A DNA stretch of 64,000 bases. It comes from Eledone cirrhosa. Taxonomy: Eukaryota. Location: the NCBI GenBank assembly GCA_964016885.1, contig OZ024741.1, positions 186,001-250,000 on the forward strand, given 5' to 3'. Numbering within the stretch: position 1 is the stretch's first letter; the number at the start of each line of letters is the position of its first letter. Below the pieces are notes generated by a model. The model was not told the DNA's origin. It was given only the letters and a program-made list of their open reading frames with translations, and made no database searches. This document shows positions 13,606-27,240 of the stretch, piece after piece. A program made the translations under genes and the position numbers.

Positions 13606-14160
13606 CTAGCAGAAAACCAACCGGTGGGCAGTTTTCTGCTAGCAAATCTAGTGTATATACTGATATTGTTGAGATTTGGATGAGAAATGTTTTCGGCACC
13701 ACATGTTCACCGTCTCTGGGTGTGTCTTTTATGCATGTATAAATATATATGTTATCTCTACGGTGAAATCTTTGAAATAAATATATGTTAAAACGAAAAA
13801 GGAGAAAAAGAGATTAGCGACGGAAATATAAACGTTATGGTACATAAACGTTATGATATAACGATGGAAATATATCTTCAAATGGTCCTTGGCATGGTGT
13901 CAAGTCAGAACCGCCTCGAACTGGTTACTTCTGGCTTGTGCAAGGTGTCTCTATAGCAACTAGCGACTCCCTCGGCCTCAGTGACCAAAGTCAGTGGAGA
14001 GGGGAAGGTGATGTTTCTATAGCGACAGTGTTTCTCTTGGTAGTACCAAAGTGGAGAAAGGAAGGGGAAGGTAATATTTCTGTAGCACCTACATTTGAGT
14101 TTTAGGGAAGGACAGACAGACAGACAGACAGACAAACAGAGAAATGCCCATATATTTCTG
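13606..14160 (-). mobile_element. Second Helitron-like element abutting the first
   Basis: CTAG end at 13606-13609 with hairpin; the same gagttttaggga..(GACA)n subterminal motif at 14097-14140. Confidence 0.5.
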
Positions 14161-14340
14161 TGTATGTATATATATATATATATATATTACACACACAGAA
14201 ATGTATATATATTTCTGTGTGTATATATATATATATTACACACACAGAAATGTATATATATTTCTGTGTGTATATATATATATTTCTGTGTGTGTATATA
14301 TATATATATTACACACACAGAAATGTATATATATTTCTTA
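14150..14340. repeat. Palindromic minisatellite (tatttctgtgt..(TA)n..acacagaaat)
   Basis: About three to four tandem units, each a hairpin. Confidence 0.75.
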
Positions 14341-14460
14341 GAACAAAATTATTATTAATGTTTTGCTGTTCATAACAATTGGAACTGAAAAGTTACTTTT
14401 GAAATTATTAGTTATTTTACTAATGCTTAGATATGTAAAAATGAAGCAATGTTTCTAATA

Positions 14461-14650
14461 ATTGTTTCTACTTTTGGCACAAGGCCAGCTATTACCCAGT
14501 ACATTACTGGTACTTTATTTTATCGACCCCGTGAGGATGAAAAGCAAAGTTAACCTCGGCGGTATTTGAACTCAGACCGTAAAGGGACGTAACTCCATGC
14601 TATGAAGCATGGTGTCCGACTCTCTACAGATTCTGCCAATCCACCGCCCT
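14461..14650 (-). mobile_element. Deu/Nin-type tRNA SINE copy
   Basis: Homologous to 655-870. Confidence 0.75.
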
Positions 14651-15286
14651 AATGTCTGTACGTAATGAGGGAGTGAGAGAGGAGAGAAAGAAAGGCAGAG
14701 GTGAAGTGACGAAGTGACTCTCTCCTCCTCCTCCTCCTCCATCTCCCCATTCGTCACAGCGATAGAGGGGAGGAATGTTAGTGTGTTACAAAGAGAAAGA
14801 GTGAGAGTGAGAGAAACAGACAGACTAAAAGAGAGGGATAGCTGGAGAGAGAGAGAGATAGCAACCACACGCACACGTGTTTCCACTGTCGGACAGACAG
14901 ACAGAGAAATTGCTGGTTATATATTATAAGGAGACAATATTATGAATTGGTAGATCTAGTAAGTTCTTTGTTAACTTCGGTGAGAAGAATTTTAAAGATT
15001 ACTGGTTAACTTTCTGGGAGAACTTTCTCGCATTCGTCGGTGGCGTTTGTCAAACTGAGATCAGGTTGTGTTGTGATGTGTGACTCTATATATAAGAGAG
15101 ATTTTGGTGTATCTGGGGTGTGGTGTTAATGAGTGTTGATAAAGATTTAAAGGAATTAAAGCATACACACACACACACACCCACATACATGTATAGACAC
15201 AGAAAATGGTGAAGGTTGACCATCAATAACTTGAACCGTTAATCTATTCTTTCCTGATTATGTCAATATTTATAAAACAAACTTTG

Positions 15287-15347
15287 TATTTTATCTGATG
15301 AGACTGTACCAAAGTTTTGGTACCCTTGAAATATATATAATAGAATA
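15287..15347 (+). ncRNA. Type-I hammerhead ribozyme motif
   Basis: tattttat-CTGATGA-gact gtaccaaa gt tttggtac cctt-GAAA-tatata-TA/atagaata; a degenerate homologue (CTCATGA) lies in the IR unit 31600-31815. Confidence 0.65.
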
Positions 15348-15386
15348 AATATGGTTTTATAAATATATTTTCCATTTATTTAATAT

Positions 15387-15415
<29 letters not shown>

Positions 15416-15417
<2 letters not shown>

Positions 15418-15606
15418 ACAAAGGAATTGTGGTAAGGAACCAGATGGACCATAACGCACCAGAGTACTCAATACTTAGGATAGTAGAGTGGGTAATAGGA
15501 AAATGTATGACCCCGACGGCAGAGCTCAAGCCATTTCGACGGCTATTTCTGGACTCCAGAAATAGCCGTCGAAATGGCTTGAGCTCTGCCGTTGGGGTCA
15601 TACATG

Positions 15607-15610
<4 letters not shown>
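15416..15610. mobile_element. Family-A (TA)n-flanked hammerhead-fragment element with fold-back 15503-15605
   Basis: Homologues at 25223-25365, 27295-27433, 27580-27690, 49608-49695 and 49948-50144. Confidence 0.75.
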
Positions 15611-15654
<44 letters not shown>

Positions 15655-15660
15655 CATAAT

Positions 15661-15705
<45 letters not shown>

Positions 15706-15789
15706 GAGAGAGAGAGGGAGAAAGAGAGAGAGTGGGGTAGATATATAGATAGAAAGGTAGATAGATCGAGAGAGAGATATATAGATAGA

Positions 15790-18459
15790 TATGGGAGAAG
15801 GCCCAATCACTCGGGCCATTTTTGCCACATTCACCCACCTTTCAGTAAATTTACTGGGTTGCAGTGCCTCTCTCTCTACTCTGATTCTTCTTCTAAAGTG
15901 GTATCTAAAGAAGGGAATGAGTTGTTGTCCGGAGAGAAAGGCATCTGTCCTCAGTCCTCTCAACCTCGTCCACCATATAACCTCTTTCCCCATAGCCACT
16001 ATACAGAGAAAAACCGCCTCTCTTTCGTTTTTGAAAGAAGTCGGCAGTCAACTGGATTTGTCCCATACGCCACAGCAGTTGTTCCGCGTAGGTCGGTTAC
16101 GCCTGGGCAGTGTACAATTGCGTGCAGGGCGGTTTCAATGTCCTGCGTGCATCTTGGACATATCCTCTTGGAAGGATCCCTGCCGGTGCGTCCGTGCCTG
16201 TAGATCTTGTCACGAACTGGTAGACTTCCTCGGTAGCACTGCCAAGCCAGGGACCTCTGGAAGTTGTCCATAGGTTCCGGGCGAAAAGTCCTACCAAACA
16301 GACTGGTGAATTCGTCGTCTTCGACGCCTAGAGTCTCTCCGAGCACATCGTCGCCCTTGTGACGTACTGACCCTCTATAGAATGTCGAAGTGGGGTTTCC
16401 ACTGATTGCCGTGCCCGCTTGACAGAGGATTGTGAGAGCCTGAGCACATGCAATGTGCCAGGCGCCCATCTTCTTCGGTCTCCGCTTGACCCAGGACTGC
16501 AGCTCCGTCAGCGAGACAAGTTGCGGGAAAGCCTGTCTCACAAACGGTGCCCACACCGGTTGGGGGTCGGTGAGGAATACCTGTAAATACCAGTGGAGCC
16601 TGCTTCTTCCAAAGGAACTGGAAGAGCATGCGTTCCATCTTGGTGAGGTGTTCACGGGGACAAGGCACGACGGTCAAGCGGTAGTAGATGACGGACGCTA
16701 TGTAAGTATTCGCCACCTCCGCTCGACCTTTCAAGGATAGTTTGCACTCTGCCCACTTCTGGGTGAGCGCAAATACCTTGGCCGTGACCTCGTTCCAGTT
16801 TTTCTGCACCTGGAGGTCCGGACGGAACCAGACCCCGAGCAATTTCACCGGTCCGTCCGTCCAGGTCTGGCGACGCTGTCGGATGGCATCGGTTTGCCTC
16901 TCCACGTTCCGAGTTGCAAACCGACGGACTTGTCCGGGTTCAGTTTTGCTCCTGTGATCCTTTCGTATTCCTGCAGTAAGTTGCCGATCGCTCCAATTTC
17001 GGAGGCTTCCGACACCATTACCGTCACATCGTCAGCATAAGCCGACGCCGATTTCCGCAGTCCCGGTTCCAACGGAATGCCCTGCAGCAGCTCCAACGCC
17101 CGCAGTAGTGGCTCTAGAGTCAGTACGTACAGAATGGAGGTTAGAGGGCATCCCTGTCGGATGGAACGCGTGATTGCGTACGGTTCCGATAGGTAGCCGT
17201 TCACCTTCACCATCGAGCAGATATTGGTGTGCATTGCGGCGATCCAGCCTCTGAAGACGGGTCCGAAACCTGCCGCCTTGAGAACTGCTTCCATGTATCG
17301 ATGGTCGACCCTATTGAACGCCTTAGACAGATCTAAATTGACCAGAGTCCCACCGAAGGCGGGTTTACATCCAACCCTCTCTATGATGTATCGCATGAGG
17401 TGGAGGTTGTCGTGTATGGACCTGGTCTGGATTGCACACTTTGCGCTTTCCCTACCAGATTCTCGACGACAAGCGCCAACCACGTTGCCAACACCTTGGC
17501 CAAAATCTTTAACTCTGTGTTGAGCAGAGTTATGGGCCTAAAGTTGCTTAGTTCGTCCCCCTTGTTCTCGTCTTTCCTGATCAGCGTTACTACGCCCCTG
17601 CCTGCAGAACTGGGAATTATCCCGTTCTGCTGCCAGTTGCAGTAGACGGCCTCGAGGACGCCAGAGAACAACTCCGGCATGCTTATGTAAAACTCATAGA
17701 GTAGGCCATCTAAACCGGGTGATTTACGTTTCCCGCAGCGGCTCAGAGCGTCCCGTATCTCAGTGGCTGTGATCGGTCTTTCGCAGAACTCGGCGTCCAT
17801 GCTCGAGAGGCGAGGCAGGCCTTCGAGGTATAAACCGAAGTCCATTGCCCCGTTTGACGCACCGCCACTCTGCCCGAACAGTTGCACAAAGTGCCGCTGG
17901 AAGGCCGCGCACATCCGCTTGGGGTCAAGTAGCACGCGTCTGTTTTGGTCTTTCAAAGACCGAATCGTGGACTTGTTGCCACTTTTCGTCTCTGCCACTC
18001 GGGCCCAGCTAACAGCTTTCGCTCCCTCGTTTCCTAGAGAACGTGATTTACTTCTGACCACGCAGCCTTCGTGTTTCGCGTCGAAGAACTGGTCCAGTGC
18101 CGTTCTCGTTGCTAGCACTCTAGCTTCGTTGCTACTCTTAAGCGCCTCCTCTACCTTGGCTACTAGTTCCGTTTCTGTTTTGTTTCTCTCTAAGGCTAAC
18201 TCTCTGCTAAAGTTTATCAACTCTACTCTAATTGCTTTCTTGAGGGAGTACCACCATCTGTTGTTGACGATGGCTCCCGTCAATTGTTGCTTAACTAATC
18301 TACTTATCCGTTCACTATAGGCTTTACGTGTCGATAGCGACACGTTCAGCTTCCAGTATCCGGGTCCTTGTCTATGTATTCTATCACGATTGACTATGCA
18401 GATGACTAGTTTGTGGTCTGAATAGGAAACCATGTGCATTTGTGGACAGCTTAACATTT

Positions 18460-18532
<73 letters not shown>

Positions 18533-19290
18533 AAATACAATCTAGATGTCCCACTGCGGTTTGTCCACGTCTACTGTGGTGCAGTTGGGAAATCTAGTCG
18601 ATACCTATCGGCCAGTTGGAATTGGCCGATTAAATTTTCGAGGCTGTTGCACGCCCCTCTACTGGGACATGATCCTACATAGTCCCATCGTGCGTCTAGG
18701 ATACCATTCCAGTCCCCCACTAAAAGCAAGGAGCGAGACGTTCTCAGAAAAGACTCTAGACGCTTAAAGAAGTCTGGCCGCGATTGCGCAGTCGGAGCAT
18801 AAACGGCCACCAGTCTGAAGGTTCCACCTCCAACACTGATCACGTATAGGACTACCACTCTACCCTCCGGATCCAAGTGCACTTGCTGTACTTCGACGTC
18901 CAGGTTTTCCGAAACATGACAGTCATTCCCCCTCCACCTCCTGGCTGACAGAGAGAGGCGTAGATCTCAAAGTCATTGAAGATGGGGGGTTAGTTGCTGC
19001 CTGTTGTGGATCCTGGACTCGGTGATGGCTATCACATCCATACCGTGTAACCTAAGGTCGTTTAAAAGTTGGCCCTGTTTCCAGGGTATCCCTAGGCCAC
19101 GCACATTCACGCTTCCAGCTCGTAAATTAGCCATGCTGGTGGAGAAGAGTTGGCGAAAAAGGACGAAAAGGTGCACTTACCTTTTCGTTTCCTGGAGATC
19201 GGGTTGTTCAATCTCCATTTGGGTGCTGGTGGAGAAACATTTTAACAGGACGCGGTTTATGGGTTTTTGACAGAGGTTGCCCACGTCCTG
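15790..19290 (-). mobile_element. Degenerate L1/Tx1-type LINE (end of ORF1 plus ORF2)
   Basis: NVRGL, VYAP, GDWN, SDHK, RQGCPL, YADD, CPRC..H..HC; frameshifted; (TC)n expansion at 18464-18528. Confidence 0.92.
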
Positions 19291-19299
19291 TGAAAATTT

Positions 19300-19541
19300 T
19301 GTTTAATCGATTAAATGGATATTGGCGAGAGCTTCAAGATAGAAAAGACTCATCAGTACTCCACCAACATGCTAAAATAGAACATAAGGGCAAATTAGAG
19401 AACATAGAAATAAAAATAAAATCTACACACAGAAAAGACGCAATGTTTAGACAAATCACAGAGGCAATAAACATAAGTGAACTCCAACCAAAATTAAATA
19501 GAAAACATGAATGGAATGGCAACATCACAACTTACAATTAA
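19300..19541 (+). mobile_element. C-terminal GIY-YIG fragment of a second PLE lineage
   Basis: SVLHQHAKIEH..RQITEAINI..LNRKHEW resembles PLE endonuclease C-termini. Confidence 0.6.
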
Positions 19542-19544
19542 GGA

Positions 19545-19929
19545 CAAAATGAAAACACACACACACATAGAACAAACAACCAACTAGTAACATGTAAATA
19601 AACAAATAAATAAACAAATAAAAACACACACAGACACCCGGATGTAACACATGCGCAAACTAAGCACACAACACACACAAAAACAAGATGGCGTAGGACA
19701 GAACAAAGGAGAGGCACAAAACAGAGAAAAAAATCCCCAGTCACTGAAGAGGTCACAAAATGTGTGACGAAAGAACTTTGACAATATATGAACAACCGTC
19801 CGGTTGTGGGACCAACCAGCCAACCGGAAATTTATAAATTCTTAAATTTATAATTTAATTTATAATAAATTGTAGTGAAAGCAACTGGTGCGTGTGTTTC
19901 TTATTGGAAACATGACTCTCCCAAAGTAT

Positions 19930-19934
<5 letters not shown>
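19545..19934 (-). mobile_element. 5' UTR of the Tx1-type family
   Basis: Homologous to 33295-33506 and 39065-39435; all start ttgttatacttt on the minus strand. Confidence 0.75.
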
Positions 19935-19999
<65 letters not shown>

Positions 20000-20879
20000 T
20001 ATAAACATATATACACTCAACTCAACAGAAACACACACACATGTATATATATGTGTGTGTGTATCTTTCCCTATTCTGTGTCACATCTCTTTTCTCTCTT
20101 GCCCCTCTTCCTCTCTATTTATCTCTATCTATACAATTACCACTCTCTCTTTCCCCTTCCCCCACCTCTCTCTAATACAATACCTCTCATTTCCCTCTTA
20201 CTAGTTTTCTCCCATCTCCCCTTCCTACAAACTTTTACTCTCTTCTTTCTCCTCCTCTGCCTCCCCCTCTCTCCCTGTCTACTCATTATTACTCCACACT
20301 CATCCTCTCCCCTATGGCAGAAGGCTGAGCCCTTTCAACCTTCTTCTCGAAATCGGGTTTAATATAGTTTTTTTAAAGGTTTCATACAGTTGATATCGAA
20401 TGTAAAATTCTGCGAGTTAAGGGTTAATAGTTTAATATATAACATTTTCAGAGAGGGGATTCTGGGGAGAGTTGAGGGTAGTTTCATCCACTATCTTAGT
20501 GCAGGGCTTTCGTGGGGAAGCAGTGGAGTGTATTGTTTATTTAGAGAGGGGAGGGCAGTGAACATCACCACTGATACTGGCAGAAAGCAGGGTGGGATGA
20601 AGGTATCAATGAACCAGAGACCTGACCCGAATGATTCTAACAAAGTGACCTCCTCTAAAGACAAACTAAGTATGAGGTGCTGGTGTTAAACAATGGATTA
20701 GTGAAAATATGTTTAAATTGCAAATATGGTTTGTCTTATATTAATGGGAGAAGGGTGTATACTAATCTGTCTCTGATCAACAACTGAAAGGGAAGTGAGT
20801 TATGACATGATCCACCATCTCTCATGCACACCAGGTTCGAACACAGAGGAGCCGAACTCCCACTGCCATCGCCTCCATC

Positions 20880-22520
20880 TCTTTCGTCATCTCCATCTCT
20901 CTAATATGAGCAAATGGTGTCCCACGTGCTGGCTGCGCCATGGCCCTGGCGGACAGAATGGAAAAGGCGTTTCCCCGGAGGATGGGAGGGAGATGCGCTG
21001 GAAGAACCATTCTATCTCGCGAGGCTCACACCTGCGACTAGCCAGCTCAGCACCTATGGTGGTGAGTAGGGAGGTAGCCCTAGGGCCAAGGACACCAGAA
21101 GTCTCCACTGCTAAGGGCACGACCGGAAACCTGTCGGAGAGGGACCGGTACTTGGAGAGTTTCCCTTCCTCAGCTCGAAGTGCAGCAGAACCTCGGTTAG
21201 TCACAGACTGCACCAGGTTGTGGCTGATGCAAGTGGCATCCCAGACGAGGGGTTTGCCACCGCGGAACGGAAGATGGTCATACCTTCTGGCCTTTTGCCG
21301 TCCCTTCGGTCCAGCCCCACCGGCTCGAGCTGGGAGGGCAAGCCAGCAGCATCAGAGCCATGACCTCGTTGAGGGCAGCATGGCGTGGAAGGCGGCCGGC
21401 TCTGTAGCGACAGGGAAACGGGTGGAGGCCGAAAGAGTCCACGCTGAATCCGCAGCGACATTTGTGTGGCTCGCAGATCCGGAGTCCAAGCCTCAAGGAA
21501 ACGCCGATGCGCAGGTTATCGTTATCCAGCTGCGTGCCAGTGGAGAAGGATGGTAAAGCATGAAGCCAGGCACCACTGTGGGGTTGTCAGGCCACGCGAA
21601 AACAGGCAAGACGGTGCTGGTTGAGCTGGCGCGTGAGCCTGTCTGAGGCCAGGCTGCACTGGATGGCATCCCAAATACATTGGGGAGACTTGAGGAAGGA
21701 CGTCTACTGGGCTAAGTCCCAGCCTGGCCCACGTCTCGTAAGCGGCCTCACGTTCCTCGATCACTGTGGGTTCCATTGTATTTAGAAGAACCCTGTTGAC
21801 GAAGACGTGTCATGAGCTTACCGACGAAAGAAACGCCGGCAAAGCCAACGAGATCGGGGACCGGAGGCCAAGGCCACCATATCTGACAGTTAAGGTGGCC
21901 TGTTGCTATCCAATGTCGTCAAACTTGACGTTGCATATCTCCTCGGCTACCGCTCGGATACAAGTGTCGAGGTCAGCGAGGGGAGATGCGTGACTGTAGC
22001 ACGAAGCGCTGCGAAGGGTGTAGAGGAGCTTCGGCATGGCGAAGAAGTTCCTCAACAGGAAGATACTGGGTGGGTGTCAATCATGCCCAGTTGGTTCGTG
22101 ATGGTCTTGAGTTGATGGAACCTGTACCTGATGGTGGAGCGGATGGCCGGTGGGTGGATCGGTGACCCGAGGAAGAGGACATCCTATTTGTGGGTCACCT
22201 GTACCTGGTGGAGAATGGACCGCACGTGCGAGACGGAGGCTGTAAAGCTCTCAGTATCGTGGTTGACATTCACCACCTCCGACTTTGCCGAGTTGACCTG
22301 GAGGCCGATCCCCGCCAGAGCAGGAACCACCGATTGTAGGTCATAGCAGACAGTCTCTACGGGCCCGTCCAACGTAGCATCATCCAAGTACCAAACGTTA
22401 AGAGGGGCCGTGATACTCTGAGCAATGTGGTCAATACCAACAGCAAAGGGCCCAATGAGTCAACATGTTGGACTCCAGTGGCTGAAGGTATGGCCGTATC
22501 AGCAGCAAGGAGCACGCTCG
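20880..22520 (-). mobile_element. Degenerate CRE-clade (RLE) non-LTR retrotransposon
   Basis: WYLDDATL (RT); [24 protein letters not shown] (zinc knuckle); [32 protein letters not shown] (RLE). Confidence 0.8.
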
Positions 22521-23049
22521 GGGCTCCATATGACAGGTAGGCAGAGAGGACTCGGCAGAGGCAGGTATCGAGCAGACCAAGTAGACCAGAGCAAAATTTG
22601 AACTCAGAACAGAAAGATCAGGAAGAAATATTGCAAGGCATTTCTTACCCTTCTTCCCCTTTATTCTCCTTTTAATTTTATGTGAAATATTTATTTAAAT
22701 AAAATTCTTCGATCTTTACATAATTAAAGTGATCATATCGAAACCTAATTGAAAAAAACATTTAATATGGAAAGGGTGAGACGCAGCGTTAGAATTTACA
22801 TTCTAATCTAGGTGGTATATCTCAGCAGCGCTCCATGGACAGCATGGAGAAAAGAAATAGATATTTGGCTCCTCTCCTTCGCTTCGCAACAGTGCCCGGG
22901 TTTGTAGCCGAAACGACAAGGTGAGATACAGAGAACTTGCCGCAGTACGTGATATTCTCGATTAGAGATTTACCCTGTTTGAATAAAAAGAAGACTATCC
23001 CGTCTATGCGCTTAACGCTGTTTAACACCAGGGAGCTGTCATGCCAAGC

Positions 23050-23582
23050 AAGTTGACACCATCCTCAACTCAACAATGAGAATATTATCAAGCACACTGA
23101 AATCTACACCTAATCAGTGGCTGCCTTCCCTTTCTCATATAGCTCTTTCTCACATGCGGCGTCAGAAGATGATCCACGAAGCAGTACTTCTTGCCAAGTT
23201 CAAGCCCGACCTTCCCATCCATGAAGACCTGGAAATCCTTTCCAATATGCGCTTGAAATCACGCAAACCATTCTGGGAATCAATGAAGACGCTTCAGGAT
23301 AATAACTTTGATCCGAAGGAGGGCGAAGATCATTGCCAACCAGGACATCGTCCAGGACCCCACATCTAAACCAGCCAGCTTTCACCTTCCCAGAAAGCAA
23401 TGGGTGTCCCTTAATTGGATCCACACAACACATGCCAGGACAGCCCATCATCTCCATCGATGGAGAATGAAAGACATCCAAGCTGTCTGGAGGTAATCCA
23501 TAATACTGCAAATGGCGCCTTGGTCTGGCTCGCTGGTCTCGATCTGTCTCTCAAACAATTGTACATATGTCATACGACAAGA
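23050..23582 (+). mobile_element. 3' fragment of Ingi/Vingi-like LINE
   Basis: MRILSSTLKSTP..WLP, RLKSRKPFW, FHLPRKQWVSLN..LHRW; ends catacgacaag. Confidence 0.65.
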
Positions 23583-24114
23583 CCGCTACTGGCAGGCCTC
23601 AATTGTGACCGGAAACCGCCCTTGTGAAGGCTGGAATAATTAAATAAACAAGAACTTACTCATTATAGAAGCCTTCATAACAATGAGTTTCCTTAATTCC
23701 ACAAAAGATTCCCTTCTATATAACAATTCACGGCCGGGGAGGAGTCACTCAGTTCGTATTCTTTGAAGGGGAAACCTGGTGTAGCGATACAATGCTGGCT
23801 CAGCTATATAAAGTTGAGCGACTGATTAAATGGGGATGGAGTATGGAGTATGGAAGAACAGTAGTGTAAGAGGATGCGAAACAAACGGAGCAAGGTTAGC
23901 TAGGGAGAAGGATCCGAAAGCTGCTTTTATTTTAAACTTATGTCGGCCCTTATCGAACAATTCCTTCTCTCGCTTTCTTCATGATATTGTGATGTTGTCT
24001 CATTGTGATATTGGTCATGTGGGGTTGCATTGCCTGGATGTAGTTGGCCACGCTGTCTACGAATGTTCAGCCGGTAGTGACGTGTACAAAATATCCATTT
24101 CTTTAAGCAGACAA

Positions 24115-24158
<44 letters not shown>

Positions 24159-24161
<3 letters not shown>

Positions 24162-24270
24162 GAAGAGCTTCTACGGGACTAGAACTGTTTCATTCGTGAG
24201 AAATTATCAGGGAGCTCCCTGATTATTTCTCACGAATGAAACAGTTCTAGTCCTGTAGAAGCTCTTCTAT
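24159..24270. repeat. Near-perfect 112-bp palindrome containing a degenerate hammerhead core on both arms
   Basis: Axis ggagctcc 24211-24218; CTGAT(T/A)A..GAAAC..GTC on each strand; follows (TA)n. Confidence 0.8.
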
Positions 24271-24351
24271 ATTAAAACTGTTATACTCTGCTATGTATTG
24301 AGTACCTTACTTACTGTGGTTACCTGATTCAACCCGGAATAACTTATATAC

Positions 24352-24396
<45 letters not shown>

Positions 24397-24410
24397 CGAG
24401 AGAGAGAGAT

Positions 24411-25050
24411 ATCCACACTGTTATCCTTCTCTTCTCCACTTTTGCCTGACCCCACCTTAAATACTGTTGTCCACTGTGGTCCCCTCACACGAAACAAAGT
24501 ATCATGAAAGTTGAAGCATCTCAAAGGTCAATTACAAAAAACATAAGTGGCATGACAGGCCTTGACAATTGGGGTCGATTAGAAAAGCTCAACCTTTATT
24601 CTCTCCAACGCCGCCGTGAGCACTACATTATCTGTTAGATGTGGAAAATATTCCATCAGCTTAGCCCAAATGATGTTGGCATCACCTTTAGTGTACACCC
24701 AAGGCTTGGGCCACGTGCTATACGCCCACAACAAAAATCTCACTCGCATCTCATAACAACAATACGGCACAATTATTTCACCTCAATTGGCCCTGCACTC
24801 TTTAACATTTCACCAAGACACATCAAAGCAGAAACAGACCCCATCAAGTTCAAGAAGTCTTTGGACAAATTCCTTCAAGAAATCTCGGATAAGCCTCCTA
24901 CACACAGGATATGCCTCCGTAAACAATAACTCTCTGCTCGAGTGGGCCATGATACCCAAATCCTGATTTGAAAGACTTCGCCAGGTGGTGCTATTAAGTT
25001 AGCCATGGCCTGGACCAATACTGGCCGAAACCTATCAAAGTTATCAAAGA
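24411..25050 (+). mobile_element. 3' fragment of CR1-group LINE
   Basis: HLKYCCPLWSPH..QR, LYSLQRRRE, GPALFN, FKKSLDKFL; short tandem tail tatcaaag. Confidence 0.8.
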
Positions 25051-25145
25051 TATATATATATACATATATATTGACTACATCTTTGAAAGGCTTGCTGAAG
25101 ACACAATCCGAAACCGCTTGGCGCCGCGGTTGAGTTTTTACATCT

Positions 25146-25226
<81 letters not shown>

Positions 25227-25382
25227 TCCAGAATTAGCCGTCGAAACGGCTTGAGCTCAGCCGTCGGGGTCCTACTCGTTCCTATTACCCACTCTACTAC
25301 CCTAAGTATTGAGTACTTTGGTGCGTTATGATCCATCTGGTTCCTTACCACATTTCCTTCGTTATATATATATATATATATA

Positions 25383-26103
25383 TAACGATAGTTATAGCTC
25401 TGATTTATCTGAATTATTGAGCCCTCTGCCACTCATGTCGGATTTGTTTATCGTAAACTCGTGAGCTGATTTTCCGATACTCGATTATTCTACTATATTT
25501 AGCTCTAGACTTAGCTATTGACCAGTTAATTTTATTGTTCATTTTTTGTCGATTCTATTAAATGATGAATAGCTCCTGTTTATTTTAACATGTCTATTGA
25601 GCACTCTTATTCGATATGTGGTTTCCCACATTACCGAAAATCTTTCGCGGATATAGAGGTTATCTCCCTTGCTGGACACCCTGTGCGTCTCAGCTAGGGT
25701 TAGCTTCTTTATTCGTTTGGACAAGACCCGTTGATAAAGTGTTCCGGTCCATCCGCTCTCTAGAAGTCTTATATATTTTTTTATGTGGGCTGATAGAGGG
25801 CGGATTAAGGAATTGCAGAAACCCAAGAAGCTAGATTTACCATCTTTCTAGTGGGTCCGGGTAAGTTTTTTACATTCATATGAATTATTGATTTATTGAT
25901 ATTTTATCTGAGTGACCCGAATCTTCCTGGTCGTTATTTTTCGGCCGCATGGGTGATTTTAGGCATAATCTTTGTGTGTTGGTATTTTAACGATAGTTAT
26001 AGCTCTGATTTATCTGAATTATTGAGCCCTCTGGCACTCATGTCGGATTTGTTTATCGTAAACTCGTGAGCTGATTTTCCGATACTCGATTATTCTACTA
26101 TAT
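25383..26103. mobile_element. Unit bounded by ~115-bp direct repeats (25383-25498 and 25988-26103) in (TA)n; pLTR-like
   Basis: Near-identical direct repeats; (TA)n on both sides. Confidence 0.6.
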
Positions 26104-26111
26104 ATATATAT

Positions 26112-26712
26112 ATATATTTATTAAAATAACAGATTAAAGTTTAAGCAAAGAATCGCTGCTTTCACCCTTAACGGGATCTTCTGAAACTAACAAAGTCAAT
26201 CTGTAAACGCAGAACTGGATATTTCAAAAAACGTTGCTACCGGAGGAAGACAGGAACACGATACTTTGGTTCGTGGTAACGTTCGCTGGCAAAGAACGGG
26301 AAAAAACGAATAATAATTTCATTATAAGGAGCGGTGAAAAACAATTACGCGCAAAGACAAAACCACGTTTATGGTATAAAAAAGGTCGTCGTTCATTGCC
26401 AGAGAACGTCTCTATGCACCACCTAAGAGAACATTAGTCTACGACCTCTTTTATACCATAAACGTGGTTTTGTCTTTGCGCGTAATTGTTTTTCACCGCT
26501 CCTATTAATGACGTATTATTCGTTTTTTCCCGTTCTTTGCCAGCGAACGTTACCACGAACCAAAGTATCGTCTTCCTGTCTTCCTCCGGTTGCAACGTTT
26601 TTTGAAATATCCAGTTCTCCGTTTACAGATTGACTTTGTTAGTTTCAGAAGATCCCGTTAAGGGTGAAAGCAGCGATTATTTGCTTAAACTTTAATCTGT
26701 TATTTTAATAAA
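26112..26712. repeat. Fold-back with ~275-bp arms; family B carrying a CAGAAGA hammerhead variant
   Basis: Arms 26112-26390 and 26441-26712 nearly identical; homologues at 13098-13300, 27785-27855 and 45616-45805. Confidence 0.85.
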
Positions 26713-26797
26713 TATTTGCTCTACGGTTCTTATATATTTGATATATATTTTCCTTATCGAGCCCTCTTTGGATTTTAGTCTTCAATTTTATTATTAT

Positions 26798-26844
<47 letters not shown>

Positions 26845-26849
<5 letters not shown>

Positions 26850-27240
26850 GGATATATGAGAGGGATAAACACAGATGCAAGTATATATGTGTTCCAATTG
26901 CAAATGACCAAGTTAGCTAGGTTGAAAAATACTAATTTAAAACAATATGGTTTGCCTGACTCGATTTGAAGTGAAAGGTACGAATTTTCCAGGATACCCG
27001 CAGAAGAGCACAGGAATTCTGGCTTTCACTTAATAATCCTTGCGAAACAGATTTACATCTGTCCAGGTATCATAGGCTATTTGCCCGACATAGGTTTGTT
27101 ATTTTTATTGATTTATTACGTTAAATCGAGTCAGGCAAACCATATTGTTTTAAATTAATATTTTTCAACATAGCTAATCTGGTCATTTGCAATTGGAACA
27201 CATGTATACTTATATCTGGGTTCATCCCTCTCATTTATCC

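Noticed and set aside
22826-22926. Possible host exon (cag..AAG/gtgaga)
   Set aside because: Weak acceptor, no recognisable protein similarity, no partner exons
26112-26712. A>G editing signature between the long fold-back arms
   Set aside because: The few arm differences are mixed substitutions with no A>G bias
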